Origin: a virus
DNA length: 64,000 nt
Virus record (IMG/VR): IMGVR_UViG_3300042197_004918
Span: 64,001-128,000 of that record
Reading direction: 5' to 3' (one strand)
In this document: positions 20,165 to 30,680 of the stretch, piece by piece
Layout: the number at the start of each line of letters is the position of its first letter
How positions within the stretch are numbered: the first letter of the stretch is position 1
Made by a program: the position numbers and the translations under genes
Notes under the pieces: generated by a model
Database searches by the model: none
The model's input: the letters and a program-made list of their open reading frames with translations, nothing else
Told to the model about the DNA's origin: nothing

Positions 20165-21577
20165 ATGTCACTTAACAAAACCGATTTGGCCTTTAAGAAA
20201 CTGATAAACCGTCAGTTTTCTACACCGAACCGAGCATTTTACCAAGAAGTAGGAGCGAACACTTTAGAAGTAGATGCTGGAATGATTTACTCCAGTAATA
20301 TACCAGAATCTCGTGCTGCCGCAATATCTTCCGGCGTAGTTAGATTGATGCAATGTGTTTTGACAAAGGATTACAGTGGAACGGTATCTACTTCTTCATT
20401 TTATGTCATATCTGGAAGCGGATATACAGTTGATTCAAACAACTACAACGCTGACTTCACAACTCGTGGAGCTAACTACTTCAGTGTAAGCAGTTCCCAT
20501 GTTCAGAGAAATTTTTTGAGTGAAAAGTATGGTAGTCAATATGCGGTAGATATAAGAAATAGTGCTGGAACACAGTTGTCGCAGGATTCTTCTATAAACT
20601 GGTATTTCGATTATAAATCCGGCGTTCTTCACGTTGCTGACCCATCTCTAAGCACCGCACCATATTCCATAACAGCGTCACAGTATATCGGAACGTTCTT
20701 ATCCACTACGTTCGCGGGGGCCTCAGTGTCAGCGAGCTATATAACCGCAAGTATTGTATCAGCAAGTGTCATAACTGCTAGCGCAATTCATACGGATAAA
20801 TTTGAACAGGGAAGTGTGGTGAATGCAGTGGGGTCATACTCTCACGCACAAGGAAACGGATCGGTTTCATACGGAAGCATATCTCACGCTGAGGGCGGCG
20901 CCACGGTTTCAAGTGGAAGTGGTGCTCACAGCGAAGGTGCTTACACGGTAGCTTTCGGAGAATATTCTCATGCCGAGGGTTATCTCACTAGAGCCGGAGG
21001 AGACTATTCTCATGCTGGAGGATTGCTTACTACCGCGAGTGCCACCGGACAGACAGTATTTGGAAAATATAACGTAGCCAGTTCTAACACAGACGACGTA
21101 TTCATCGTAGGAACGGGAACGTCTATCTCTGCTAGAAGTAATATGTTCGTGGTAAACACCACAAGCGCCCTTGTTGGCGGCAACATCAGTGCCAGCGGAC
21201 ATCTGATACTAGGTTCTTCTCCGGAACTTCTTACGTATCAAAAATCAAAAATCCGATCTGACGGAGCCTTGGTTGATTTCAAGAATATAGGATATTACAT
21301 AAACGCAGAATCGACCGGTGGATTCCACTCCGCCTTCTACGATTATGTTGTCGCTAAAGATTCCAATATAAGAGCGGGCACGATTCAAGCGGCCTTTGTA
21401 AGCGGAAGTATCGTTTATAACGACGTGGTTACGACTGATATAGGAAATACCAGTGAAATCACTTGCAGCGCAGTATTAGTGACCTCCACCGTCCGTTTTT
21501 ACGCATATGTTTTTACAGGATCTATCGGGTCTTCGCCTACTAATTGGACGGTAAAGGTAATGTCAAGATATGTATGA
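20165..21577 (+). CDS. tail fibre-like protein with five YadA-head-like (SHAxG) repeats
   Basis: 'NWYFDYKSGVL'; 14-aa repeats followed by GKYN..FIVGTG..RSN. Confidence 0.65.
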   Translation: MSLNKTDLAFKKLINRQFSTPNRAFYQEVGANTLEVDAGMIYSSNIPESRAAAISSGVVRLMQCVLTKDYSGTVSTSSFYVISGSGYTVDSNNYNADFTTRGANYFSVSSSHVQRNFLSEKYGSQYAVDIRNSAGTQLSQDSSINWYFDYKSGVLHVADPSLSTAPYSITASQYIGTFLSTTFAGASVSASYITASIVSASVITASAIHTDKFEQGSVVNAVGSYSHAQGNGSVSYGSISHAEGGATVSSGSGAHSEGAYTVAFGEYSHAEGYLTRAGGDYSHAGGLLTTASATGQTVFGKYNVASSNTDDVFIVGTGTSISARSNMFVVNTTSALVGGNISASGHLILGSSPELLTYQKSKIRSDGALVDFKNIGYYINAESTGGFHSAFYDYVVAKDSNIRAGTIQAAFVSGSIVYNDVVTTDIGNTSEITCSAVLVTSTVRFYAYVFTGSIGSSPTNWTVKVMSRYV

Positions 21578-21616
21578 TATAGAAGTTTTCCTGGAAATTG
21601 AAGGGAATTACAAATT

Positions 21617-24600
21617 ATGGCAAATGAATTTAAAGTAAAACATGGACTTATAGTCCACGGAAACACCGCCGTCACAGGTTCTCTAACCACCACGGGAGTT
21701 ATATCAGCGATCTCTTTCAGATTATCCGGCTCTAGCGCTGGAACCCCCGAGATGTATGGTGCAGTTGGTGATGGAACCACTGACGATTTCTTAGCATTCA
21801 AACACGCTCTTATAAGCCACAGTGTTGTAGAATTGGGTGCTAAGACATACGCCGTCCGTGGTTACATAGGAATGCCATCACACCGTTCTCTTATAGGAAA
21901 GGGAAAAGATAGAACGGTCATAAAACTGATGAACAATTCTCCGTATGGATACGGGTCTTCTGTTTATGTAATACAAAACACGGTTTTACAAGATACTGTA
22001 AACTGGACAGGTTCAGTAGTAGGAACGACCGATAATACGGGGTCAGTTCTATTGGATTACAGGGATACAACTGTTAGAGATCAATCCCCATCAAGCCCAT
22101 TTTATCAACAGACACAATCTCAACCTTTCGCTGGATTAGGTTACTGGCAATATGACACCAGCATCCAGTCTATTGGTGGACGAAGAGACATTTTAATCGA
22201 AGGATTGACGGTAGACTGTAACTTCGATAGACAGGCAAGACACGCGAGTTATAACCACTCTGATAACCCATATTCAGCGTCAAGGGTGACCGGTGGAACA
22301 TACTACATACCTCAGTATGCAAACCGAGTAAGGTCCACAGTTCACGCTATAGTTCTAAATGGTGAAAACATAATTTTAAAAGATGTAAAGGCTGTAAATT
22401 ATGGTTATGGATGTGATGCTGCGGCAAACGGTCCATTGAATTATGCTGACTCAACCACTATCCCACCATACAACGAGAATTTTCCTCTATTGGTAAATGC
22501 AGATAACTCCGCGTTAAATTATACCTCTTCTGATTACGACATAGGATCGGATTCGGCAGGTCTTTCACGTTGGAGAGGAAATTATGCCATAGGATGTGAA
22601 GTTCTTGCTCCAGGAAGCACGGATTTACTTAACCCATTCTCGAACGCCACTGCAATCTATGTAACAAATCAATCTGTAAATACTTCTACTGGACGAAGCA
22701 GTTTCTCATCCGAAGGTGGAATTTTTGATTCTATAGTTGACCCGGGAGAGAGAATCAAAGCACCATCTGCGAGCCTTTGGAGCGGTTCTTATCTCGACGG
22801 GTTTAAAAGTTCAAGCCTCAAACAGACAGCTGCATCCCTCGCTGAGTGGTTATATACGGCACAGGGATCTCTGACTGGATCGAACAACGACATCGCACTA
22901 AGCTATGGATCTCCTGCTGGAGCGGTAACGGTCCACATGAAGAAGATAAGTGGAAGTTGGTATCCAGTTGGTAACGGATATTCTGTTCAAGAACACTATG
23001 TTCAGGGATTCTCTGGATATAGAATGTCCAGATGTTTGGCTAGAAACCTTGAGATCGGTTTTTATTTGGACAGCTGGAGGAATAATGCTTTCTTGGATAA
23101 CAACCAGATGGTCGATGTTACAAGCGGATTCAGATATGTCGTATCTGATATAGGATTGACTTCGAGTTATAAAAACGTAGTTATAAAAGATAACTACATA
23201 AAACTTTCTGCACACGAAAGGCCCTATGATGCTCAGGGACATGGTGTGATAAACTATGCTGTGGATCTGTCAAATGGTTCCGGTTCAATGTTACGTCACA
23301 TAGATAACTTGGTTATTGAGGATAACGTTTTTGAACTTCCTATTTCCAGTTCAACAAACACGTATGGTTTGGGAAATACGACATTTAGAAACTATCCGAG
23401 ATATGTAGGATTTTATCTTCAACACGATGTAACTCCATCCGGGTCTTTGCCTAGGACCCACCGAGCTGCTTCGATAAAAAACAACAAGTTCTTTAACTGG
23501 AATCCGTTAAAATCCGCGACCACCTCTGCCGGAGAACTTTATGGATACAATCTTCCATTCTATTTTGCATTCACCACCGGAAGCATGGGTATGGACGCGG
23601 CCGATCCAGCAGCAGGACCATATCCTCTATCGGTAGAGAAGTTCAAACGAGAAGTTCTTCCAAACTGGATAATATCGGACAACACGTATTCGGATTCCGA
23701 TTATCCGTCCACGAGTTCTATTGTTCCAATTACAATACAGATAACAGGAACAGGAACAAACTACTTCTATCCGATTGACCAGGTAAACAGATTCGCTGGA
23801 GTCACCGCGAACTCAATCACAAGCACTACTGCTTCGATTAGAGTTCTTAATGCTACCGGAAGTTTACAAGGAAGTTCAAGTTTTGCCACAACCGCAAGTT
23901 ATGTTTTAACATCGAGCCACGCCGTGACATCAAGCTATTCGGTTAATGCTGGAACAGCAGCAACTGTAACCACAAATGCATTGACTGGTTCATCCTTGAT
24001 GTTAACTGACCATTTAAACAATGGAGCTTCAAACGTAATAGCTGCTGGTGCATCGTTCTCCCATGCTGAAGGATTTTATACAAGAGTAGAGGGTTTCGCT
24101 GCCCACGCTGAAGGATTCCAAACTTCAGGAAGCGGTCAGTATTCCCACGCCGAAGGTGGTTACACCCGCGCATCGGCAGATTATTCCCACGCCGAGGGTG
24201 GAACAACTATAGCATCTGCTCAAAGTTCTCACGCCGAGGGTGACACAACTCACGCTGCGGGATTCGGTTCTCACGCAGAAGGTTATATCACTCGTGCTGG
24301 ATCATCCGGAGCTCACTCGGAGGGTTATGCTACATCTGCGAGTGCAACGTATTCTCATGCTGAAGGAAGTTTCACTAGAACTCTTGCTTCATGGGCCCAC
24401 GCGGAGGGGTCATACACAACGGCATCTGGAATAGGAGCTCACGCCGAGGGTTCTTCGTCGTATGCTTCCGGATCATACTCTCACGCTGAGGGTGGTTCCA
24501 CTCGCACCGCAGCGGATTACTCCCACGCGGAGGGTTCTTCCACAAGTGCATCCGCTGAGGCCGCACACGCTGAAGGATTTATGACTAAGGCGACAGGGCT

Positions 24601-27436
24601 TTTCTCTCACGCTGAAGGCGGCGCCACGGTCGCAAGTGGTCAACAGAGTCACGCTGAGGGTGGAGTAACTATGGCTTCGGGACACTCGTCTCATGCTGAG
24701 GGAACCAATACAAGTGCTAGTGCTGATTATGCTCACTCTGAGGGGTCTTTCACGAAGGCCACTGCTGATTATGCTCACTCTGAGGGAAATTTAACATTGG
24801 CTACGGCTGCTGGTGCTCACGCCGAAGGATGGGAAACCTTAGCTAACGCATTATACTCCCACGCCGAGGGGTATCATTGCACCGCATCTGGACAAACATC
24901 CCATGCTGAGGGTCAATCGACCACTGCTGCCGGTTTAGGCGACCATGCCGAGGGATTGTTCACAAGAGCTGAAGGCGGAACATCGCACGCCGAGGGATAT
25001 GGAACATTAGCTTTGGGTGGAAGAGCGCACTCTGAGGGTTATTTCTCCACCGCAAGTGGTGATTATTCTCACGCTGAAGGTTACTTTGGACGTGCTGGGG
25101 GAGAATCTTCTCACGCTGAAGGATACTACTCAAGTGCAAGTGGATGGTTCGCTCACGCGGAAGGAAACAGCACGACGTCCTCCGGTCAGGGGTCACATTC
25201 CGAAGGTGAAGGAACTATTGCTTCAAACACGAGTGCCCACGCAGAAGGTTATCATACTATAGCAAGTTCGGCAGTTGCTCATGCCGAAGGAAACAGAACC
25301 ACCGCATCTGGAGTCGGTTCTCATTCTGAGGGTGATACAACCGTCGCTTCGGGAAATTATTCTCACGCTGAGGGATATGGTTCCACATCCACTGGGTTGT
25401 TGGCTCACGCTGAAGGTGTATTAACCCTTGCATCTGACGTCGGTGCCCACGCTGAAGGAAGATACACGACAGCATCTGCTGAATATGCTCACTCAGAGGG
25501 AACCTGTAGTAGAGCCATCACAAGTTACTCCCACGCAGAAGGATTTTTCTCTCAGACGTTCGGATCGGGATCACACGCTGAAGGACATTATACCAGAACG
25601 CACGGAAAATGGTCCCACGCTGAAGGAAGTAATAATACTTCAAGCGGAGATTATTCTCACGCTGAAGGGTTTAACTCTCAGGCATTTGGAACGGGTTCCC
25701 ACGCCGAGGGTTATTACGCCGTCGCTTCTGGTTCAAGTGCTCACGCTGAAGGTGGAAACTGTTACGCATTTGGAAACTATTCTCACGCTGAAGGCGACCT
25801 TGCCATGGCAATCGGTGTTTCATCTCACGCTGAAGGATATAACTGCACGACGTCTGGTTCATATTCCCACGCCGAGGGTCAATACACGAATGCTATCGGA
25901 ATATACTCACACACAGAGGGTTCTGCCACAAGAACTTCCGCTGGAGCTCTTTATGCTCACGCTGAAGGAGCTACTACACTGGCCAGCGGAAGTTATTCCC
26001 ACGCTGAGGGTGTAAACACTGTGGCTAATGCACCATATTCTCACGTCGAGGGTGGTCAGACAAAAACCATCGGAACCGGTTCTCACGCTGAAGGATATTA
26101 TACCACAGCGAGCGCTAATTACTCTCACGTCGAGGGTGATGCTACAATTACATACGGATTGTATTCTCACGCTGAAGGATATAACACGGTTGCTAGTGCA
26201 AGTTACTCTCACGCTGAAGGAGGTCTTGCCCACGCAAGCGGATTGTATTCTCATGCTGAAGGATCTTACACCTCAGCAAGTAATTATGCGGCCCACGCTG
26301 AAGGATACCTAACTCTCGCCAGCGGACAACAGAGTCACGCAGAAGGTGCACAGACCTTGGCATCGGGAAATGGTTCTCATGCTGAGGGACAACACACCAC
26401 TGCGAGCGCCCACTACCAACACGTTTCCGGTAAATACAACGTGGCGAGCGCCAATGCCGACGACCTATTCATGATCGGTGCAGGAACAGCACACACTCTC
26501 CGTTCTAACATAGTGTTGGTAAATCGTAAGGGTGTATATATAAACAACGGCGGGTATGTGTCTGGAAGCGGATTCAATACTGTCTCACAGAGTTCGTTGT
26601 GTATCAATACCACAGAACCTTACGCCGACCGTGAATTTTGGAGTGCTTCACTATCAGTTGCTGGTGGAATGATTATCAAAAACGGTATATTACTTGTTAC
26701 CGGTTCCGAGGCCAACGGTGGAGGAAATGATGCGGGGTCGATATTTGTTAAAGGCTGCGGGTCTGCTCCATTCTTGACTTTGGCCTCAAAACAGGATGGA
26801 CCTACGGACACCCAGAGATACGGTTTGGTTCAGTCTTCCGGAAAACGTCTCTGGCTCGCTGCCGGAACATCTCCCGGAATCCTTTGTATAGGAAATGACG
26901 ACGAGGATAACGCGGTGTCGATAGGAACCACTCCGATTAGTTCGTATACTCTTAATGTGGGTCCTGGAACAGGAACATATTCGATACTCGCACAGGGTGG
27001 TATATCTTCCAGTGGAAATATTTATTTACAGGGAAACATAGATGCGTTATCAGGTGTCACTTCGAGTGTCACTTCGAGAGTAGGATTCTCTGGGTATATG
27101 CCTGCTGAGTTTATGGTTGCTGTATCCGATGAAATAAGCAACTTGGCTTCGGGAAGCAATAAACTACGATTCATATTCCCATATGCTATGACGGGTTCAT
27201 CATTGACCGCATATGTTCACACCGCTCCAGAGGGTGCTTTCATAACCTCAAGCGTTAGACTTGCTGGGGGAATAACGATAAGTGCTTCCATAAGCGGTTC
27301 GATGTTGTCTGGTTCCGATGACCAAGAGTATTTTATCGAAAAATACCAAGAGTTGTCGGTGGACGTAGAACAGGTCGGCTCGGTTACAGCCGGTGTGGGA
27401 CTCAAACTTATATTCAATGGAATTCGCAAGGTATGA
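21617..27436 (+). CDS. giant tail fibre/adhesin: pectate-lyase-3-like beta-helix plus about 56 YadA/Hep-Hag repeats
   Basis: MANEFKVKHGL N-terminus; YGAVGDGTTDD..AF; periodic SHAEG. Confidence 0.8.
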   Translation: MANEFKVKHGLIVHGNTAVTGSLTTTGVISAISFRLSGSSAGTPEMYGAVGDGTTDDFLAFKHALISHSVVELGAKTYAVRGYIGMPSHRSLIGKGKDRTVIKLMNNSPYGYGSSVYVIQNTVLQDTVNWTGSVVGTTDNTGSVLLDYRDTTVRDQSPSSPFYQQTQSQPFAGLGYWQYDTSIQSIGGRRDILIEGLTVDCNFDRQARHASYNHSDNPYSASRVTGGTYYIPQYANRVRSTVHAIVLNGENIILKDVKAVNYGYGCDAAANGPLNYADSTTIPPYNENFPLLVNADNSALNYTSSDYDIGSDSAGLSRWRGNYAIGCEVLAPGSTDLLNPFSNATAIYVTNQSVNTSTGRSSFSSEGGIFDSIVDPGERIKAPSASLWSGSYLDGFKSSSLKQTAASLAEWLYTAQGSLTGSNNDIALSYGSPAGAVTVHMKKISGSWYPVGNGYSVQEHYVQGFSGYRMSRCLARNLEIGFYLDSWRNNAFLDNNQMVDVTSGFRYVVSDIGLTSSYKNVVIKDNYIKLSAHERPYDAQGHGVINYAVDLSNGSGSMLRHIDNLVIEDNVFELPISSSTNTYGLGNTTFRNYPRYVGFYLQHDVTPSGSLPRTHRAASIKNNKFFNWNPLKSATTSAGELYGYNLPFYFAFTTGSMGMDAADPAAGPYPLSVEKFKREVLPNWIISDNTYSDSDYPSTSSIVPITIQITGTGTNYFYPIDQVNRFAGVTANSITSTTASIRVLNATGSLQGSSSFATTASYVLTSSHAVTSSYSVNAGTAATVTTNALTGSSLMLTDHLNNGASNVIAAGASFSHAEGFYTRVEGFAAHAEGFQTSGSGQYSHAEGGYTRASADYSHAEGGTTIASAQSSHAEGDTTHAAGFGSHAEGYITRAGSSGAHSEGYATSASATYSHAEGSFTRTLASWAHAEGSYTTASGIGAHAEGSSSYASGSYSHAEGGSTRTAADYSHAEGSSTSASAEAAHAEGFMTKATGLFSHAEGGATVASGQQSHAEGGVTMASGHSSHAEGTNTSASADYAHSEGSFTKATADYAHSEGNLTLATAAGAHAEGWETLANALYSHAEGYHCTASGQTSHAEGQSTTAAGLGDHAEGLFTRAEGGTSHAEGYGTLALGGRAHSEGYFSTASGDYSHAEGYFGRAGGESSHAEGYYSSASGWFAHAEGNSTTSSGQGSHSEGEGTIASNTSAHAEGYHTIASSAVAHAEGNRTTASGVGSHSEGDTTVASGNYSHAEGYGSTSTGLLAHAEGVLTLASDVGAHAEGRYTTASAEYAHSEGTCSRAITSYSHAEGFFSQTFGSGSHAEGHYTRTHGKWSHAEGSNNTSSGDYSHAEGFNSQAFGTGSHAEGYYAVASGSSAHAEGGNCYAFGNYSHAEGDLAMAIGVSSHAEGYNCTTSGSYSHAEGQYTNAIGIYSHTEGSATRTSAGALYAHAEGATTLASGSYSHAEGVNTVANAPYSHVEGGQTKTIGTGSHAEGYYTTASANYSHVEGDATITYGLYSHAEGYNTVASASYSHAEGGLAHASGLYSHAEGSYTSASNYAAHAEGYLTLASGQQSHAEGAQTLASGNGSHAEGQHTTASAHYQHVSGKYNVASANADDLFMIGAGTAHTLRSNIVLVNRKGVYINNGGYVSGSGFNTVSQSSLCINTTEPYADREFWSASLSVAGGMIIKNGILLVTGSEANGGGNDAGSIFVKGCGSAPFLTLASKQDGPTDTQRYGLVQSSGKRLWLAAGTSPGILCIGNDDEDNAVSIGTTPISSYTLNVGPGTGTYSILAQGGISSSGNIYLQGNIDALSGVTSSVTSRVGFSGYMPAEFMVAVSDEISNLASGSNKLRFIFPYAMTGSSLTAYVHTAPEGAFITSSVRLAGGITISASISGSMLSGSDDQEYFIEKYQELSVDVEQVGSVTAGVGLKLIFNGIRKV
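24059..26400 (+). repeat. 42-nt (14-aa) coding tandem repeat, about 56 units
   Basis: TCTCACGCTGAAGG-like core every 42 nt; near-exact adjacent duplicate at about 24723/24765. Confidence 0.9.
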
Positions 27437-28134
27437 TACTGCTAAGTCCTTTACAAAGTTATCCATTAAGCCAGACTAATCTGTTGAAGGTATTTGTCTT
27501 GTTTAATGGAAAAAATAACACGGATTTTTTAACAAATGGAGTCGGTGTATACGGTTATAGCGCGGATTACAGTTCGTCGCTCATACCATCACAGATAATA
27601 ACATCCGTCGTCGAAGATTCTACGGCCACACTGATTAATGGTTCCGGTCCGACATATAACAGAACCAGAGTTGTAAGTGGTCTGGTGACCGGGTATAACG
27701 ATGTATACAATAACTCATCGAGTCTGACCATGAGCATCGGAGCCAATGCGGGATTGTATGGGTATGTAGGTGGTCCTTATAGTCCAGGAATAATGTGTTC
27801 GACGTATCAATATTTATACGGAGCGCCAACATACATAACCATGTCTGGATTGAACGTGGGAACATATGATTTATACCTTTACGCGGTCGTAGACGACGAC
27901 GGAAGTAATCAATATAGCAAATTTACTTTACAAACTGGATCGGGGATAGAAAAATCTACATCGAACGTTGCCAGTCTAGGAAACGGAGATTTTCCGGTAT
28001 TTGTTGAAAACAACTCATACGTAAAATTTTCAAACCATTACACTTCCGATGGAATTATACGAGTGGCGTGGGCAATCGCAGATGGGGCGGATTATGGACC
28101 AATAAACGGAATACAGATTGTCCAAACTAAATAA
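27433..28134 (+). CDS. beta-sandwich virion/fibre accessory protein
   Basis: 'SGLNVGTYDLYLY...NGIQIV' pattern; ATGA coupling to the fibre gene. Confidence 0.55.
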   Translation: MILLSPLQSYPLSQTNLLKVFVLFNGKNNTDFLTNGVGVYGYSADYSSSLIPSQIITSVVEDSTATLINGSGPTYNRTRVVSGLVTGYNDVYNNSSSLTMSIGANAGLYGYVGGPYSPGIMCSTYQYLYGAPTYITMSGLNVGTYDLYLYAVVDDDGSNQYSKFTLQTGSGIEKSTSNVASLGNGDFPVFVENNSYVKFSNHYTSDGIIRVAWAIADGADYGPINGIQIVQTK

Positions 28135-28136
28135 GT

Positions 28137-28301
28137 TTAACTGGAAAACTTTTTTAGAAGATTAGAGAAAAACTTTGTCAATCCACGTTCGGTCAATCGA
28201 ATCCGCTTAGTCTCTTGTTTGTAAAAATTGAGCGTAGTTTCGGTCAACTCTACTTTTTCGGTTTCCCCTGTCGTATTTACAAGCGTGATTGTTTTCTTCA
28301 T
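28137..28301 (-). CDS. small hypothetical protein
   Basis: MKKTITLVNT... Confidence 0.45.
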   Translation of the reverse strand: MKKTITLVNTTGETEKVELTETTLNFYKQETKRIRLTERGLTKFFSNLLKKFSS

Positions 28302-28309
28302 ATAAAAGG

Positions 28310-28343
28310 TTTCTCCCAAAGGGAGTTAACCCTTCGGGAGAAA
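28310..28343. terminator. hairpin/terminator downstream of the HNH gene
   Basis: TTTCTCCC..AAGGG / CCCTT..GGGAGAAA inverted repeat. Confidence 0.5.
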
Positions 28344-28349
28344 TTTGTT

Positions 28350-29003
28350 CTAATTCGTTCCACTCGCTTCGAGGAAGTGCTTCCAGTCAGCGTGCTTCGC
28401 CTCGGTGATTAAGTCACAGACTCGGACCGGTCCAGGAGCGATAGGCTTCCGAATCAACTTCAATCCGACTTCCTCATTCAACTTGTTTCCCTTACGGGTG
28501 TTGATTTCTCTGGAAGTAACCACCATGTTTGTCCACGTGTCCTTACCACCCCTGCTCGACGGGACAATATGGTCAATGTTTGCCTCATTCTTATTCAAAG
28601 GCTTTCCGGTGTATTGGTCAATACCACCGTCACGTCTCCAAAGAGCTTCCTTTGTAGGCTTGCCTCTGAACATTCTGACAGGCATCTTGGTGTAATTCGT
28701 TGCAACCACGACTGTAGGAACTCGGATTTCACTCTGAGCACTATTGATAGTTACATCCCAAGAACGGATTGGGAGTTTGACCCACTCATCCCACGTTAAA
28801 GGGATTATTTGAGTTGGCTTGTCAAAGTCCGGGTTTCCATCGACATCAACCTCGTAGTGAATATCCAAAGCAACCGAAGACGGTTCCGTTTCAAAGGATG
28901 CTCCACAGAGCTGAATGATTGTATCCTTGACGGTTTTGTAACCAACAACCTTCCAGTTGCGGTTAAGACTCAAACAGATTAACTTTTGTGCGATGTTGCT
29001 CAT
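28350..29003 (-). CDS. HNH endonuclease (McrA-like)
   Basis: 'RDGGIDQYTG...NIDHIVPSSRGGKDTWTNMV....IN..KGN'. Confidence 0.9.
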   Translation of the reverse strand: MSNIAQKLICLSLNRNWKVVGYKTVKDTIIQLCGASFETEPSSVALDIHYEVDVDGNPDFDKPTQIIPLTWDEWVKLPIRSWDVTINSAQSEIRVPTVVVATNYTKMPVRMFRGKPTKEALWRRDGGIDQYTGKPLNKNEANIDHIVPSSRGGKDTWTNMVVTSREINTRKGNKLNEEVGLKLIRKPIAPGPVRVCDLITEAKHADWKHFLEASGTN

Positions 29004-29013
29004 AACAGTATTA

Positions 29014-29042
29014 AATATACACGGACTTATGAAAAAAGTCAA
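29014..29042 (-). promoter_or_regulatory. sigma70-like promoter
   Basis: TTGACT-17nt-TATATT on the minus strand. Confidence 0.55.
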
Positions 29043-29088
29043 CGACTTTTTTTACATCTACGGAAATCTGTAGAATGTGGGGAATTAT

Positions 29089-29733
29089 CTATATGATTTC
29101 GTCAATCAATCCCAATTTGAGACACTCCTCGGGGGACAAACAGAGGTCGTGCTTGAGGAGTTCGTTCAACTCTTTTTCTTTGAATTTGGTATGTTTGAGG
29201 TAGATTTTTTTAATCATCGACATAACCAACTCCAAATTCTTCATTTCGTCTTCAAATTGTGCAAAATTTCCCCACATAGCGCTCGAACACTGATGGATAA
29301 GCATATTAGCGTTTTTACGCATATATCTGCGACGGCCAACGACACTCAAAAGTGTTGCAGCAGAGGCGGCAATGCCCTCTACATAAGTATCCACTGGAAT
29401 TTTGCTTGAGAGAATCCTATCCACAGCGGTAAAACCGCTATAAATCTCTCCGCCTTCACTCGAAATATACAATTCTATCGGAGGAACGACCGGTATATTG
29501 TATTGAATTTGAACAAGCCTTAATTGTTTCTCAACTTCCACCATCTGTCGGTTTAAGTTGTAAATACTTTCTCGGGTAACATCGCTATAGAAAAACAATT
29601 GATTGGTCTGACTAGAAAAATTCCCCAAATCTCTTTGGGGTTTTGATTCGTCACCTTCATCAGCTGAGATTGATAGGGAATACCGTGGGGTTCTTTGAGG
29701 TGATTTCATAGTAATAGGAACATAACCTTTCAT
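29089..29733 (-). CDS. ClpP-like serine protease subunit
   Basis: LYISSEGG, GIAASAATLL (Ser), MLIHQ (His), HD..LSPEEC.KLGLIDEI. Confidence 0.9.
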   Translation of the reverse strand: MKGYVPITMKSPQRTPRYSLSISADEGDESKPQRDLGNFSSQTNQLFFYSDVTRESIYNLNRQMVEVEKQLRLVQIQYNIPVVPPIELYISSEGGEIYSGFTAVDRILSSKIPVDTYVEGIAASAATLLSVVGRRRYMRKNANMLIHQCSSAMWGNFAQFEDEMKNLELVMSMIKKIYLKHTKFKEKELNELLKHDLCLSPEECLKLGLIDEII

Positions 29734-29781
29734 GCTATTCATAAATATCAAACGGTCAGAACAAAGTATGATTTTTGATTA

Positions 29782-30246
29782 TTAAACTAAGATGACTTCA
29801 TCGAACCCTTCCGACGTAGATGGACGCACGTATTTGGAAATCATCTTATCAATCACAAACTCGGGAACTTCTCTTCCGCCGGCGGCTTTTCTTTTGGCTT
29901 GATTTTTCATCAAGGTGTTCTTATCACGTTCGAGAACATACGCCACAACTTTAGCGGAATATCTCTTCGCCGTGAGAATATAATCCTTACGTTCACGCGG
30001 ATTAAGGCTCGTCGCATCAACCATAACGTCTTTACCTGCTGCCAAGTCCCGATTTAAGTTGTATTTGATTGTAGAAAATACTTGAGCCGTCACCGACTGG
30101 TCGGTTTCATCCCTACCGAGAATCCCCCTAAGTTTGTCGCTGCTGTGGACAATGACGTTGGGATGAGACTTCAGAAAATTTTCAATAAATGTGGATTTTC
30201 CTGCGCCTGAAATTCCAACCATGACATATAGTGTGTTCAGATTCAT
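29782..30246 (-). CDS. P-loop kinase, polynucleotide kinase-like (AAA_33)
   Basis: GISGAGKST, SSDKLR, VDATSL, R.VPEFVI. Confidence 0.85.
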   Translation of the reverse strand: MNLNTLYVMVGISGAGKSTFIENFLKSHPNVIVHSSDKLRGILGRDETDQSVTAQVFSTIKYNLNRDLAAGKDVMVDATSLNPRERKDYILTAKRYSAKVVAYVLERDKNTLMKNQAKRKAAGGREVPEFVIDKMISKYVRPSTSEGFDEVILV

Positions 30247-30647
30247 AATAGTTCGTATGCTCTCTTAAAGTTTTCGATATAAGACTCGATATTTGTCTTT
30301 CCAATCGGATTCATACTGTGACATACGTAACCAGGAAAAGTCAAACCGTTTTTCATACAGTAATCTACTGCCCACTTAGCACAATGATATCCAGTCTTCT
30401 CTTTGAACGAATCGTAAAGTTGGTTGTAATCCCGTGGGTTATCGCTATACATGGCCGGATGGTATTGGTCCGGTCCGAGGTCGTGGTCAAATGAAATGAA
30501 TTCGGGCATTCCACAACTCTCAATTTTTGAAACAAATTGGTCGTAACTTCTGACAATTTCCCAAGGAACCAGAGGCAGATTTACCCAAGTGACGGCTTTT
30601 GGAATCCGAATGTCATCCAAAAATAAGTAGTAAAGTTTTTTATCCAT
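30243..30647 (-). CDS. cyclic-phosphate-processing receiver-like domain protein
   Basis: LFLDDIR.P, ISFDHDLG, TGYHCAKW, HSMNPIG. Confidence 0.8.
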   Translation of the reverse strand: MDKKLYYLFLDDIRIPKAVTWVNLPLVPWEIVRSYDQFVSKIESCGMPEFISFDHDLGPDQYHPAMYSDNPRDYNQLYDSFKEKTGYHCAKWAVDYCMKNGLTFPGYVCHSMNPIGKTNIESYIENFKRAYELL

Positions 30648-30680
30648 TCACCTATCAATGTAACACGGATATTCGAGGTG

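Noticed and set aside
24059-26400. CRISPR or DGR-type repeats
   Set aside because: In-frame 42-nt protein repeats with synonymous variation; no reverse transcriptase in the window
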